A stretch of 64,000 nucleotides of DNA from Mycobacteriales bacterium. GTDB taxonomy: Bacteria; Actinomycetota; Actinomycetes; Mycobacteriales; SCTD01. Where the stretch lies: the NCBI GenBank assembly GCA_038235705.1, contig JBBSTR010000004.1, positions 133 through 64,132 of the forward strand, written 5' to 3'. Shown here piece after piece: positions 20,441 through 29,863 of this stretch; positions within the stretch are counted from its first letter, which is position 1, and every line of letters begins with the position of its first letter. Under the pieces are notes generated by a model. The model saw only the letters and a program-made list of their open reading frames with translations. It was not told the origin of the DNA and did no database searches. The position numbers and the translations under genes are program-made.

Positions 20441-20863
20441 ATGCGTCGACTACTTGCCGTCCTCGTTCTCGTCCTGACCACCGGATGCTCCTCCGGGGAC
20501 GGTCCGACGACCGCGAGCTCCAGCCCGAGCGCCGACGCCCCGGGTGCCGAGCAGACTCAGCGGTTCCCGGACGTCGTCAGCGCCGTGCTGACCGGGAGCG
20601 GGGCCACCTTCGCTCTGGCGGTTACGATCTCCAGCCCCTACGACACCCCGGACCGCTACGCCGACGGCTGGCGGGTGCTCGGGCCGGACGGGACAGTCCT
20701 GGGCGAGCACATGCTCGGTCACGACCACGCCTCAGAACAACCGTTCACCCGCCAGCAGGGCGACCTGCGCATCCCGGAGGGGATCACGACCGTCACCGTC
20801 GAGGGCCGCGACCAGGCGAACGGCTACGGCGGGGCGACGGTCGAGGTGCCTGTCACTCGCTGA
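20441..20863 (+). CDS. Putative lipoprotein, conserved hypothetical
   Basis: Signal peptide with lipobox LTTGC; domain SSPYDTPDRYADGWRV...LGHDHASEQPFTR. Confidence 0.8.
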   Translation: MRRLLAVLVLVLTTGCSSGDGPTTASSSPSADAPGAEQTQRFPDVVSAVLTGSGATFALAVTISSPYDTPDRYADGWRVLGPDGTVLGEHMLGHDHASEQPFTRQQGDLRIPEGITTVTVEGRDQANGYGGATVEVPVTR

Positions 20864-21115
20864 CAGGGCGGTTCAGGTCGTCCGCCGCAGCGCCGCAGCC
20901 ACCTGCGGCGACGCCGCCGCGAGCTCAAAGGGCAGCGCGGCGTCGTGACGTCCTCGACGAGATCGCCGACGACCAGCAGGCGCGGACGTCCGGTGAGCCC
21001 GTCGACGGCCCGTCCACGGGGCGCGGTCAGCACATGTCGCTCGGCCGGGTCGGCAGTCGTGGCGCCCTCCTCAGGTGCGGAAAAGCATCGCAGACCTGTG
21101 GCCGGGGCCTTGGTC

Positions 21116-21134
21116 GGGTGGGTGGGTGGGTGGG
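21116..21134 (+). repeat. (GGGT)4GGG microsatellite, potential G-quadruplex
   Basis: Five G3 tracts separated by single T. Confidence 0.7.
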
Positions 21135-21150
21135 AGAGGACACCCTGCCT

Positions 21151-21732
21151 TCACCCACCCGGCCTGGTCCGGCAGAAGGCCTCGACGGTCTCGAGGTCCT
21201 CCCGGGTGAGCCCGGTCAGCGGGTCAGGAGCCAGGATCAGCGCGTCGGTCTGCCGGCGCGCCCACCGCGCCAGGTCGTCCTGCTCCGCGAGGTCGTCGTC
21301 GAGCCACACGAGGCGTCGCACCGGGTCCTCGGCGAGCAAAGACGCGACGACGTCAAACTTCCACCAACGACCGGTGAGCCCGTCGCGGGCCGCGGGGGTC
21401 ACCGCGGCCAACGAGCCCGCCTCGCGGTCCGGCTCTCCCGCTGCCGTCAGATGGTCGTAGGTGCCGGCGACATCCAGCTCGGGCATCGCGAGCAGCTGTC
21501 GCAGCGAGCCGTTCGCGCCGTGTCCCCAGGTGGTGAGCCAACGGACCTCGGCGGCCCCGGAGGTGTGCAGCGCGACCAGCCGGGTCACGACCTCGGGGGC
21601 CCACGCGATCTCGTACGAGCGCCCACCGGTCCCGGCCCGACCGGAGCGGTAGCTCGGCCGCTCCGGCAGCGGGCGCCCGAGGGCGTTGAGGACCCCGTCG
21701 ACGTCGAGCAGGATCAGTGCGGGCCGGCTCAT
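21151..21732 (-). CDS. HAD-superfamily protein (HAD_SAK_2-like, RNA-repair-associated type)
   Basis: LLDVDGVLN, WLTTW, WWK and VWLDDD motifs. Confidence 0.8.
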   Translation of the reverse strand: MSRPALILLDVDGVLNALGRPLPERPSYRSGRAGTGGRSYEIAWAPEVVTRLVALHTSGAAEVRWLTTWGHGANGSLRQLLAMPELDVAGTYDHLTAAGEPDREAGSLAAVTPAARDGLTGRWWKFDVVASLLAEDPVRRLVWLDDDLAEQDDLARWARRQTDALILAPDPLTGLTREDLETVEAFCRTRPGG

Positions 21733-21761
21733 GCAGGCTTCCTGCCCGGTTCAGCCCCAGG

Positions 21762-23006
21762 TCAGGCTGCGGCCGGCACCTTCGGCACCCGCAGACCCAG
21801 GACCGCACACAGCGCGACGACCGCGGCGCAGACGAGCAGGGCGACCGCGTACGAGGTGCTCGTGATGAGCAGGCCGGCAGCGAGCGGCCCGGTGACCGAG
21901 CCGAGGTCGCTGCTCATCTGCCAGAAGGCGATCGGCGTGCCGCCGCGGCCCTCGACGACGTCGCCGACGATCGCCGCCGGCGCGACACCGAGCAGGGAGG
22001 CGCCGGCGGCGAAGACGGTGGTGGCCAGCAGCAGCGACACCGGTCCCACGGCCAGCGCGAGGAGCACGAGCGACAGGGCGGTCACCACGGCTCCGGCCAC
22101 CAGCGTGGGCCGGCGCCCGACCTCGTCGACCGCCTTGCCGGCGGGCAGCAGGAGCAGCGCCTGCACGAGCGCACCGACGGCGAAGGCGGCGCCGACCCAG
22201 CCCGGGGCCAGCTGCAGGTGCTCCACGACCAGCAGCGGCACGAGGGTGCTGCGCACCCCGAGCACCGCGAAGCCCGTCGCGAAGTTGCCAGCCAGAGCCG
22301 CCTGGTAGGCCGGGTTGCCCAGGACCTCTCGGAGCGACAGCCGATCCGGGCCCGTCCCCGGACCTGGCGACCCGGCGGAGACCCGCGGCTCTACGGGCGC
22401 AGTCTGCTCCGCAGCGTCGCTGGGCGGCGCCAGCCTGCGTGGCAGGAGCGTCCCGGCGGCCAGCACCGCGAGCAGCAGCGTCCCTGCGTAGAGGAAGAAC
22501 GGGGCACGCAGCGAGATCCCGACGACGGCGCCGCCGAACGCCGGGCCGACGATCCCGCCGAGCAGGAAGCCCGAGCGGTAGACGCTCTGGGTGCGACCGC
22601 GTTGCGCCGACGACGCGATCCGGAGCAGCAGGCTCGTCGCGGCGATCGTGAACACGGCTGACCCGATGCCACCGACCCCTCGCAGGACCAGCAGCTGGGG
22701 ATAGCTGACCGACAGCCCTGCCAGCAGCGAGCTGACCGCGACGACCGACAGGCCGGCGAGCAGCGCGACGCGCTCACCGACCCGGTCCACCAGGCGCCCG
22801 GCGGACAGCGCGGAGAGCAGGCGCATGAGGGCAAAGGCGGAGACGACCGCACCGGCGGCCGTCGGTCCGACACCGAACGCGAGGGCGAACAGCGGGACGG
22901 CCGGGGCGACGATCCCGAAGCCCAGCGCCACGCAGAACGCGACCAGCGCGAGCACGTACGTCTCACGCGGCAGCCCGCGGACGCTCGCGGGCAGGGACAG
23001 GCGCAC
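21762..23006 (-). CDS. MFS transporter
   Basis: Multiple TM helices; GRLVDRVGER and GKAVDEVGRR motif A in both halves; start trimmed to GTG at 23006. Confidence 0.9.
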   Translation of the reverse strand: MRLSLPASVRGLPRETYVLALVAFCVALGFGIVAPAVPLFALAFGVGPTAAGAVVSAFALMRLLSALSAGRLVDRVGERVALLAGLSVVAVSSLLAGLSVSYPQLLVLRGVGGIGSAVFTIAATSLLLRIASSAQRGRTQSVYRSGFLLGGIVGPAFGGAVVGISLRAPFFLYAGTLLLAVLAAGTLLPRRLAPPSDAAEQTAPVEPRVSAGSPGPGTGPDRLSLREVLGNPAYQAALAGNFATGFAVLGVRSTLVPLLVVEHLQLAPGWVGAAFAVGALVQALLLLPAGKAVDEVGRRPTLVAGAVVTALSLVLLALAVGPVSLLLATTVFAAGASLLGVAPAAIVGDVVEGRGGTPIAFWQMSSDLGSVTGPLAAGLLITSTSYAVALLVCAAVVALCAVLGLRVPKVPAAA

Positions 23007-23028
23007 GCCCGCTCCTCGCCGCCGGTTG

Positions 23029-23664
23029 TTACGTCGCCTGGAAGTAGAGGTGGGAGGGTCGCCCGACGGTCCCGGCGGTCTGCTCACCCGTCTCGACGAG
23101 CAGCGGCTGCATCTTGCGCCCGAAGGTGTCGCGCTGCAGGCCCTCGCCCAGCACCGCCTCGTGCACGTGGCGCAGCTCGGTCAGCGTGAACGCTTCCGGT
23201 CCGAGCAGTCCGGCCGGGTCCGGTGACGCGGCGTACGCGGCGCGGGTCTGCGCGACCGCCAGCCGCACCACCCGGTCCTGGTCGCGCGGGAGGGTGCGGA
23301 AGCGACCCGGCCACCGCTCGTCGACCGGGGCCAGGACGAGGTCGGCGTCGAGCGTCTCGGGGGTCGGTACCAGCTCGCCGTGCGCGACGCAGAGCACCGG
23401 TCCGCGTGCGTCGCGCTCGGCCTGCTCCGGGCCGTCGAGCACGCCCAGCACCGACGGCGCCTGACCCTGCACCCCGACCGCCGCGAGCGCGCGCAGTGCC
23501 GCGTCGCGAAGCTGCTCCCCCTCGTGGACGACGGCGCCCGGCAGCATCCATCGACCTTTGACCTGGGGGTCCGTGCCTTTGCGCAGCAGGACGCTGAGCC
23601 GGTCGCCGTCCAGCGTCAGGAGCGCGACGTCCACGGCCACGAGCATGCGTGCCTCACGAGTCAT
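23029..23664 (-). CDS. NrtR-like regulator (degenerate NUDIX plus winged helix)
   Basis: VAVDVALL...GRWMLPG...E.LRDAALRAL; C-terminal FTLTELRHVHEAVLG...RDTFGRKM...GRPSHLY. Confidence 0.82.
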   Translation of the reverse strand: MTREARMLVAVDVALLTLDGDRLSVLLRKGTDPQVKGRWMLPGAVVHEGEQLRDAALRALAAVGVQGQAPSVLGVLDGPEQAERDARGPVLCVAHGELVPTPETLDADLVLAPVDERWPGRFRTLPRDQDRVVRLAVAQTRAAYAASPDPAGLLGPEAFTLTELRHVHEAVLGEGLQRDTFGRKMQPLLVETGEQTAGTVGRPSHLYFQAT

Positions 23665-23763
23665 GGGTGCGACGATAACGCGTGCATGCTCATATCGCAG
23701 GACGTGACCTTGTCGCAGGCTCCGGATATGTTGCCGGGACCGCTCAGAGGAGTCGCCTTGAAC

Positions 23764-24363
23764 ATGCCTGTGACCGTCGTCTTCGTCCGCTCGGACCGCG
23801 CCCTCGAACGGGTCGTCATGCAGGTCCGCGACGACCAGTGGGACCGTCCGATGCCGCCGGACTTCGCGACCATGCGCCCCGAGGGTGAGCCTCCGCCGAC
23901 GCTGCGGGAGGTGGTTTCCTACCACGCCTCCGACGAGGCCTGGATCCCGGACATGCTGGCCGGGCGGACGATGGAGGAGGTCGGGCCGACGGCCTACGAC
24001 GGTGACCTGCTCGGCACCGACCCGAAAGCCGCTTTCGCCCGCCTGGTCGACCAGGGGGTCGCCGCGGCCGAGCAGGTGGACGACCTGGAGCGCCCGGTGC
24101 ACTTCTCCTACGGCGACTGGTCGACCGAGGAGGCGCTGTGGCACGTGACGAGCTTCAGGGCGCTGCGCGCCGTTGACCTCGCGCGGGTGATCGGTGCCGA
24201 CGACGCGCTTGAGCCCGATCTCGTGCAGGCCCTGTGGGACGGGTTCTCGGCCCGCGCGGAGCAGTGGCGGCAGTTCGGGGTGTTCCCCGACCCGATCGAG
24301 GTCGCCGACGACGCGCCGCTGCAGCAGCGCCTGCTCGCGCTGACCGGTCGACGTCCGACCTGA
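23764..24363 (+). CDS. TIGR03086-like mycothiol-dependent maleylpyruvate isomerase / DinB-fold protein
   Basis: DQWDRP..P, TLREVV.YH, VHFSYG, DLARVIG and QRLLALTGR; AGAGGAG upstream. Confidence 0.78.
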   Translation: MPVTVVFVRSDRALERVVMQVRDDQWDRPMPPDFATMRPEGEPPPTLREVVSYHASDEAWIPDMLAGRTMEEVGPTAYDGDLLGTDPKAAFARLVDQGVAAAEQVDDLERPVHFSYGDWSTEEALWHVTSFRALRAVDLARVIGADDALEPDLVQALWDGFSARAEQWRQFGVFPDPIEVADDAPLQQRLLALTGRRPT

Positions 24364-24402
24364 GCGGCGACGCGTCGTGGAGGTCGTGACACCATCGCGG
24401 GC

Positions 24403-26331
24403 ATGACAGCAGAGGTGCTCTGGGAGCCCGGTGCAGACCGGGTCGAGCGTTCGCGCCTGACGGCGTTCGCCCGGCAGGTGGGCCACGGTGACGACAGCTA
24501 TGAGCAGCTGTGGGAGTGGTCGGTCGACCGGCTGGAGGACTTCTGGACGCAGGCCTGGACGTTCTTCGACGTCGTCGCCAGCCGGCCGTACGACACCGTC
24601 CTGTCCAGCCGCGCGATGCCGGGCGCCCGGTGGTTCGAGGGGGCGCGGCTCAACCTGGCCGAGAACGTTCTGCGGCCGGAGCGCACGGGCACGGCCCTGG
24701 TCGCGCTCGACGAGACCGGTCCGGCGGCGGAAGTGTCCTGGGATCAGCTGCGTCAGCTGGTCGGCGCCTTCCAGGCCACCCTGGACCGGCTCGGCGTCGC
24801 GCGTGGCGACCGCGTGGTGGCCTACCTGCCGAACGGGGTCGAGGCCGTCGTGGCGATGCTGGCCTGCGCCGCACAGGGCGCGGTCTGGTCGACCTGCGCC
24901 CCCGACATCGGCCCGGCCAGCGCGCTCGACCGATTTGGCCAGCTCGACCCGGTCGTGCTGATCGCCGCCGACGGCTACGTGTTCAACGGGGTCGAGCGGG
25001 ACCGCCGGGAAGCAGTTGCCCAGCTGCGGGCCGGTCTCACGTCCGTGCGGGAGGTGGTGTCGGTCCCGGTCCTGGGCCACGGCGTGCCGGGACTGTCCTG
25101 GGGTGACGCGACGGCCGAGCTGCAGCCGCCGACGTTCGCCCAGCTCGACGCCGAGGCACCGCTCTGGGTCGTCTACTCCTCCGGCACCACCGGCCTGCCG
25201 AAGGGGCTCGTGCACAGCCACGGGGGCGTGCTGCTGATGGGCCTGGTGCAGATGGGGCTGCAGAACGATGTCGGTCCGGGCGAGCGCTACCTGTGGTGGA
25301 CCACCACCAGCTGGATCATGTGGAACAGCCAGATCTCCGCGCTCGCCGCCGGCGCCACGATCGTGCTCTACGACGGCAGCCCGCTGCACCCGTCGCCCGA
25401 CCGGCTCTGGCAGGTCGCCGCCGAGCAGAAGGTGTCCTTCCTCGGGGTCAGTCCGGGCTTCTTGCTCGCGTGCGAGAAGGCCGGCCTCGAGCCGGGTCGG
25501 GACCACGACCTGTCGCGACTCACCTCCATGGGGGTGACCGGGTCGCCGCTTCCTGCCTCCTCGTTCCGCTGGGTCTACGCGCACGTCGCCGACGAGCTGG
25601 CCATGCACGTCATCAGCGGTGGCACGGACTTCGCCGGAGCGCTGGTGGGCGACGCTCCCTGGCTGCCGGTGACTGCCGGTGAGATGAGCTGCCGCGGCCT
25701 CGGCATCCACGCGGAGTCCTGGGACGAGGCCGGGCAGCCGCTCCGCGACGAGGTGGGCGAGCTGGTCGTGCTGGCTCCGATGCCGTCCATGCCCCTGCGG
25801 ATCTGGGGTGACGAGGACGGCAGCCGTTACGCAGACGCCTACTTCGACGTCTATCCGGGCGTCTGGCGGCACGGCGACTGGATGACGTTGACCTCCCGCG
25901 GCACCGCGATCGTGCACGGCCGTTCGGACTCGACCCTCAACCGTCACGGCGTGCGCATGGGCAGCGCCGACCTCTACGCCGCCGTCGAGGCCGTGCACGA
26001 GGTCGTCGAGTCGCTCGTGCTGGGGGTGGAGCAGGCCGACGGCGGCTACTGGCTGCCGCTGTTCGTGCGCCTGGCGCCGGGCGTGGAGCTCGACGACACG
26101 CTGGTTGCCCGGCTCAAGGACGCCGTCCGGCAGAACGCCTCCCCGCGGCATGTGCCCGACGAGGTCGTCGCCGTCCCGGCGATCCCGCACACGGCCACCG
26201 GCAAGAAGCTGGAGGTGCCGCTCAAGCGGATCGCGCAGGGCGTGTCGGTCGAGACGGCGCTCAACCTCGGCGCGGTCGACGACCCTGACGCCGTCACGTG
26301 GTTCGTCGACTTCTTCGCCGCCCGAGGCTGA
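24403..26331 (+). CDS. Acetoacetate--CoA ligase
   Basis: WFEGARLNLAEN, YSSGTTGLPK, ISGGTD, WRHGDW, GRSDSTLNRHGVRMG and TGKKLEVP motifs. Confidence 0.93.
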   Translation: MTAEVLWEPGADRVERSRLTAFARQVGHGDDSYEQLWEWSVDRLEDFWTQAWTFFDVVASRPYDTVLSSRAMPGARWFEGARLNLAENVLRPERTGTALVALDETGPAAEVSWDQLRQLVGAFQATLDRLGVARGDRVVAYLPNGVEAVVAMLACAAQGAVWSTCAPDIGPASALDRFGQLDPVVLIAADGYVFNGVERDRREAVAQLRAGLTSVREVVSVPVLGHGVPGLSWGDATAELQPPTFAQLDAEAPLWVVYSSGTTGLPKGLVHSHGGVLLMGLVQMGLQNDVGPGERYLWWTTTSWIMWNSQISALAAGATIVLYDGSPLHPSPDRLWQVAAEQKVSFLGVSPGFLLACEKAGLEPGRDHDLSRLTSMGVTGSPLPASSFRWVYAHVADELAMHVISGGTDFAGALVGDAPWLPVTAGEMSCRGLGIHAESWDEAGQPLRDEVGELVVLAPMPSMPLRIWGDEDGSRYADAYFDVYPGVWRHGDWMTLTSRGTAIVHGRSDSTLNRHGVRMGSADLYAAVEAVHEVVESLVLGVEQADGGYWLPLFVRLAPGVELDDTLVARLKDAVRQNASPRHVPDEVVAVPAIPHTATGKKLEVPLKRIAQGVSVETALNLGAVDDPDAVTWFVDFFAARG

Positions 26332-26375
26332 GCGGCGGGCTCCCTGGCGGGCCGGCTGAGTGGCCGGCGCGCCGA

Positions 26376-26702
26376 TCAGCGAGGCGGTAGGGACCGGACG
26401 TACGCGAGGCTCCCGGCGACCCAGCGTTCCAGATCCACGTCGGAGCACAGGGCAGCGGGTTCGACCAACAGCCAGCCCGCCAGCGCGCGGCCGCGCATCT
26501 CGGTGCGAGCCACCCCCGGCCCGAGCAGGGACTCGGCGTCGGCCGGGTCCACCCGGACCATGAGCCCGCCGCTGCGGGACGCGGCCACGGCCATGTGACC
26601 GCCCACGATCATCGCCACCCCGCCGAACATCACCCGCTCGGTCACCGTCTCACCGACCAGCTTTTCGCGGAGCCGGTCGAGCAGCTCACCGTCGTACGTC
26701 AT
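26376..26702 (-). CDS. TfoX/Sxy N-terminal domain protein
   Basis: ERVMFGG.A....G.M....GGLMVRV, MRGR.L.GW, L.RWV. Confidence 0.85.
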   Translation of the reverse strand: MTYDGELLDRLREKLVGETVTERVMFGGVAMIVGGHMAVAASRSGGLMVRVDPADAESLLGPGVARTEMRGRALAGWLLVEPAALCSDVDLERWVAGSLAYVRSLPPR

Positions 26703-27214
26703 GGCTGATCATGACGTAGGACGCTCGGCCCGTCGCCGAGCAGCGCCAGCGCGGGCGCGACCAACCGGTCGCAGTCCGGGGGCAGGGCGTCCACCGGCCA
26801 CCAGGCGACCTCGACGATCTCCCAGCGGTGTCGCGGCGGGACAGCCAGGCAGGCCGGGTCGCGGGCCACCCCGGTCAGCAGCACGGCGGTGAAGGCACCG
26901 GTCGGGTCGGGCAGCTCGCCGAGCAGCTGCAGGCCTGGCGCCCGCAGGTCGGACGCACCGACCCCGACCTCCTCGGCCAGCTCGCGCGTGCCGCCCGCCA
27001 CCGGGTCCTCGTCCCGTCGCAGGCCTCCCCCCGGCAGCTCCCAGCCCTGGTGCGAAAGCCACACCCGGGCGAGCGCGACCCGCCCGTCGTCGTCGGTGAG
27101 CACCACCCGCGTGCGCCGGTTGTGCATCCTGCGCAGCACCAGCCTCGTCGGACGGCGGAGAAGCCGGTGACCGCCCCGCCCGAGCGCGAGCCAGAGCCAC
27201 ATCAGACCTGCCAC
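26699..27214 (-). CDS. NUDIX hydrolase
   Basis: WELPGGG...ED....GTRELAEEVG Nudix box. Confidence 0.85.
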   Translation of the reverse strand: MAGLMWLWLALGRGGHRLLRRPTRLVLRRMHNRRTRVVLTDDDGRVALARVWLSHQGWELPGGGLRRDEDPVAGGTRELAEEVGVGASDLRAPGLQLLGELPDPTGAFTAVLLTGVARDPACLAVPPRHRWEIVEVAWWPVDALPPDCDRLVAPALALLGDGPSVLRHDQP

Positions 27215-27279
27215 CTCTCCTGTTCATGCGCTTGACTGACCGCCTACCCAGATCCGCCGACTCGCCCCCGGAGTGCCGC

Positions 27280-28149
27280 ATGACCCCCCGCCTCGTCCCC
27301 GTGCTGCCCGTCGGCATCCTCGTCCTGGCCCTCGCCGGGTGCGCGTCCTCCAGCGCCCCGGCCGCCACCGGCACGCCGGGCACCTCGGCCTCTCCGGCCG
27401 CCTGCGAGAAGGGCGCGCTGCCCACGCTCAAGGACGGGACGTTCACCGTGGCGACCGACAAGCCGGCGTACGGACCCTGGTTCGAGGACGACGACCCCAC
27501 GAACGGCAAGGGCTACGAGAGCGCGGTGGCCTACGCGGTCGCGGACCAGCTCGGCTATCCGAAGGACAAGGTCACCTGGGTCACCGCGTCCTTCAACTCG
27601 GTGATCGCCCCCGGGCCCAAGCCGTTCGACGTCGACATCAACCAGGTCTCGATCACCCCCGAGCGCAAGCAGGGCCTGGACTTCTCCAGCGGCTACTACG
27701 ACGTGCGCCAGGCCGTGATCACCACGAAGGGCAGCCCGATCGCCGAGGCGAAGAGCATCGCCGACCTCAAGGACGCCAAGCTGGGCGCCCAGGTCGGGAC
27801 GACGTCGTTCACGGCGATCAAGGACCAGATCAAGCCCAGCACCCAGCCCCTGGTGTTCGACAGCAACGACCTCGCCAAGGCGGCGCTGATGAACGGTCAG
27901 ATCGACGGGCTCGTCGTCGATCTGCCGACCGCGTTCTACCTCGTCAACGCCGAGCTCACGGACGGCGTGATCGTCGGTCAGCTGCCCAAGGTCGCGGGAG
28001 CGGAGGAGCAGTTCGGGATGGTCCTCGACAAGGGCAGTGCCCTGACCCCCTGCGTGACCGACGCGGTCGACGCGCTGCGCAAGGACGGGACGCTCGACAA
28101 GCTCCAGGCGACCTGGCTGACGCAGGCCGGCGCGCCCGAGCTCAGCTAG
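27280..28149 (+). CDS. Amino-acid ABC transporter substrate-binding lipoprotein
   Basis: Lipobox LAGC; PAYGPWF, GKGYESAVAYAVA, DINQVSITPER and DFSSGYY motifs. Confidence 0.92.
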   Translation: MTPRLVPVLPVGILVLALAGCASSSAPAATGTPGTSASPAACEKGALPTLKDGTFTVATDKPAYGPWFEDDDPTNGKGYESAVAYAVADQLGYPKDKVTWVTASFNSVIAPGPKPFDVDINQVSITPERKQGLDFSSGYYDVRQAVITTKGSPIAEAKSIADLKDAKLGAQVGTTSFTAIKDQIKPSTQPLVFDSNDLAKAALMNGQIDGLVVDLPTAFYLVNAELTDGVIVGQLPKVAGAEEQFGMVLDKGSALTPCVTDAVDALRKDGTLDKLQATWLTQAGAPELS

Positions 28150-28152
28150 CCG

Positions 28153-29085
28153 GTGACGACGCCCGCAGGCGGGGACGCGATCCTGGGGGCGGGAGGCGTC
28201 TCCGGGCCCCAGCTCGTCGCCAGCACTGCCCGGCCCGACGACTGGACCCCCAGCCCGCGTCAGCAGGCCCGGGAGTCGGCTCGTCGCCGCGCCACCCGGC
28301 GCAGCGCGACGCTCGCCGCCTCCAGCACGCTGGGCTTCGGCCTCGTCGTCGGGTTCGCGGTCAGCCAGAGCTCGGGGTGGCCCCGCGTCCGCGAGAGCTT
28401 TTTCAACGTCGACGCCGGCCGCGCGGCGCTGCCGGACGTGGCCCGCGGTCTCCTGCTCAACCTGCAGGTGCTCGCGATCTGTGCCGTGTTCGTCCTGGTC
28501 TTCGGGATGCTCGTCGCGGTCGCTCGCACCACCCGCGGCCCGGTCACCCTGCCGTTGCGGATCCTGGCGGCGGCCTACACCGACCTGTTCCGTGGGCTGC
28601 CGTTCATCCTCGTGCTGCTGCTGATCGGCTTCGGCGTGCCGGGGCTGCGCCTGCAGGGCCTTCCGACCGGACCGGCGTTCCTCGGCGGTGTCGCGCTCAC
28701 GCTGACCTACTCGGCGTACGTGGCCGAGGTCTTCCGGGCCGGCATCGAGGCGGTGCACCCGAGCCAGCGGGCCGCGGCCCGGAGCCTGGGTCTGTCGTAC
28801 GCCAAGACCATGCGCTTCGTGGTGCTGCCGCAGGCCGTGCGGCGGGTCACCGCCCCCCTGCTCAACGACCTGGTCAGCCTGCAGAAGGACACCGGCCTGA
28901 TCAGCGTCCTCGGCGCCATCGACGCGGTGCGGGCCGCCCAGATCGATACGGCGCAGATCGCCAACTTCACGCCGTACGTCGTTGCCGGCGCCCTGTTCGT
29001 CGCGCTCACCATCCCGGTCACCCGGCTCACCGACGCGCTCACCGCACGCTCGGACCGACGACGCGCCGCGACCGGTGCACTGTGA
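28153..29085 (+). CDS. Amino-acid ABC transporter permease
   Basis: FRGLP, YSAYVAEVFRAGI, AAARSLGLS and LQKDTGL motifs. Confidence 0.93.
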   Translation: MTTPAGGDAILGAGGVSGPQLVASTARPDDWTPSPRQQARESARRRATRRSATLAASSTLGFGLVVGFAVSQSSGWPRVRESFFNVDAGRAALPDVARGLLLNLQVLAICAVFVLVFGMLVAVARTTRGPVTLPLRILAAAYTDLFRGLPFILVLLLIGFGVPGLRLQGLPTGPAFLGGVALTLTYSAYVAEVFRAGIEAVHPSQRAAARSLGLSYAKTMRFVVLPQAVRRVTAPLLNDLVSLQKDTGLISVLGAIDAVRAAQIDTAQIANFTPYVVAGALFVALTIPVTRLTDALTARSDRRRAATGAL

Positions 29086-29825
29086 CCGGTCCTGGGGACG
29101 CGGTTCTGCAGCTTCGGGACATCCGTAAGCGCTACGGCAAGAGCTGGGTGCTGCGCGGCATCGACCTCACGCTGACCGAGGGCACCGCGACCGTGCTGAT
29201 CGGTGCCTCCGGCAGCGGGAAGTCGACGCTGCTGCGGTGCGTCAACCTGCTCGAGACGATCGACGACGGGCAGGTGCTGCTCGACGGCGACGACATCTCC
29301 GAGGTGGGCACCGACCCCGACGAGGTGCGTCAGCGGATCGGGGTCGTGTTCCAGGCCTTCAACCTGGTCCCGCACCTGTCGGTGCTGTCCAACATCACGC
29401 TCGCGCCCCGGCGCGTCCACAAGATGGGACGGGGCCAGGCCGAGCAGGAGGCCCGCGAGCTGCTCGAGCGGTTCGGGCTGGCCGACAAGGCCGACACCTA
29501 CCCCGACCGGCTGTCCGGCGGGCAGCAGCAGCGCGTCGCGATCGTCCGTGCGCTGGCGGCCAAGCCCCGGCTGCTGCTGCTGGACGAGGTCACCTCAGCA
29601 CTGGACCCCGAGCTGGTCGGTGAGGTGCTCGCCCTGGTCGCCGAGCTGCGCAGCCAGGGAATGACGATGCTGATCGCGAGCCACGAGATGGGCTTCGTCC
29701 GGGAGATCGCCGACCACGTGGTCTTCCTGGACGCCGGGACCGTCTGCGAGCAGGGACCGCCGACCGAGCTGCTGGCCAGGCCCCGCGAGGAACGCACCCG
29801 GGCCTTCCTCTCGCGCATCCTGTAG
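29082..29825 (+). CDS. Amino-acid ABC transporter ATP-binding protein
   Basis: GASGSGKST, LSGGQQQR and LLLDEVTSALDPE; GTGA overlap with the permease. Confidence 0.95.
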   Translation: MTGPGDAVLQLRDIRKRYGKSWVLRGIDLTLTEGTATVLIGASGSGKSTLLRCVNLLETIDDGQVLLDGDDISEVGTDPDEVRQRIGVVFQAFNLVPHLSVLSNITLAPRRVHKMGRGQAEQEARELLERFGLADKADTYPDRLSGGQQQRVAIVRALAAKPRLLLLDEVTSALDPELVGEVLALVAELRSQGMTMLIASHEMGFVREIADHVVFLDAGTVCEQGPPTELLARPREERTRAFLSRIL

Positions 29826-29863
29826 ACCCGGTTCGGGCTGTGCCGCACGGGCAGGTGACCGTC

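Noticed and set aside
23665..23763. NrtR operator, and a regulatory link from NrtR to kynA/kynU
   Set aside because: No convincing AT-rich palindrome upstream of either locus.
23665..26448. Long N-terminal extensions in the ORF track (NrtR to 26448, recB to 51331, recC to 54072, GH65 from 4311, ABC ATPase from 27273)
   Set aside because: The extensions overlap other well-supported genes or promoters; family-typical starts lie downstream.
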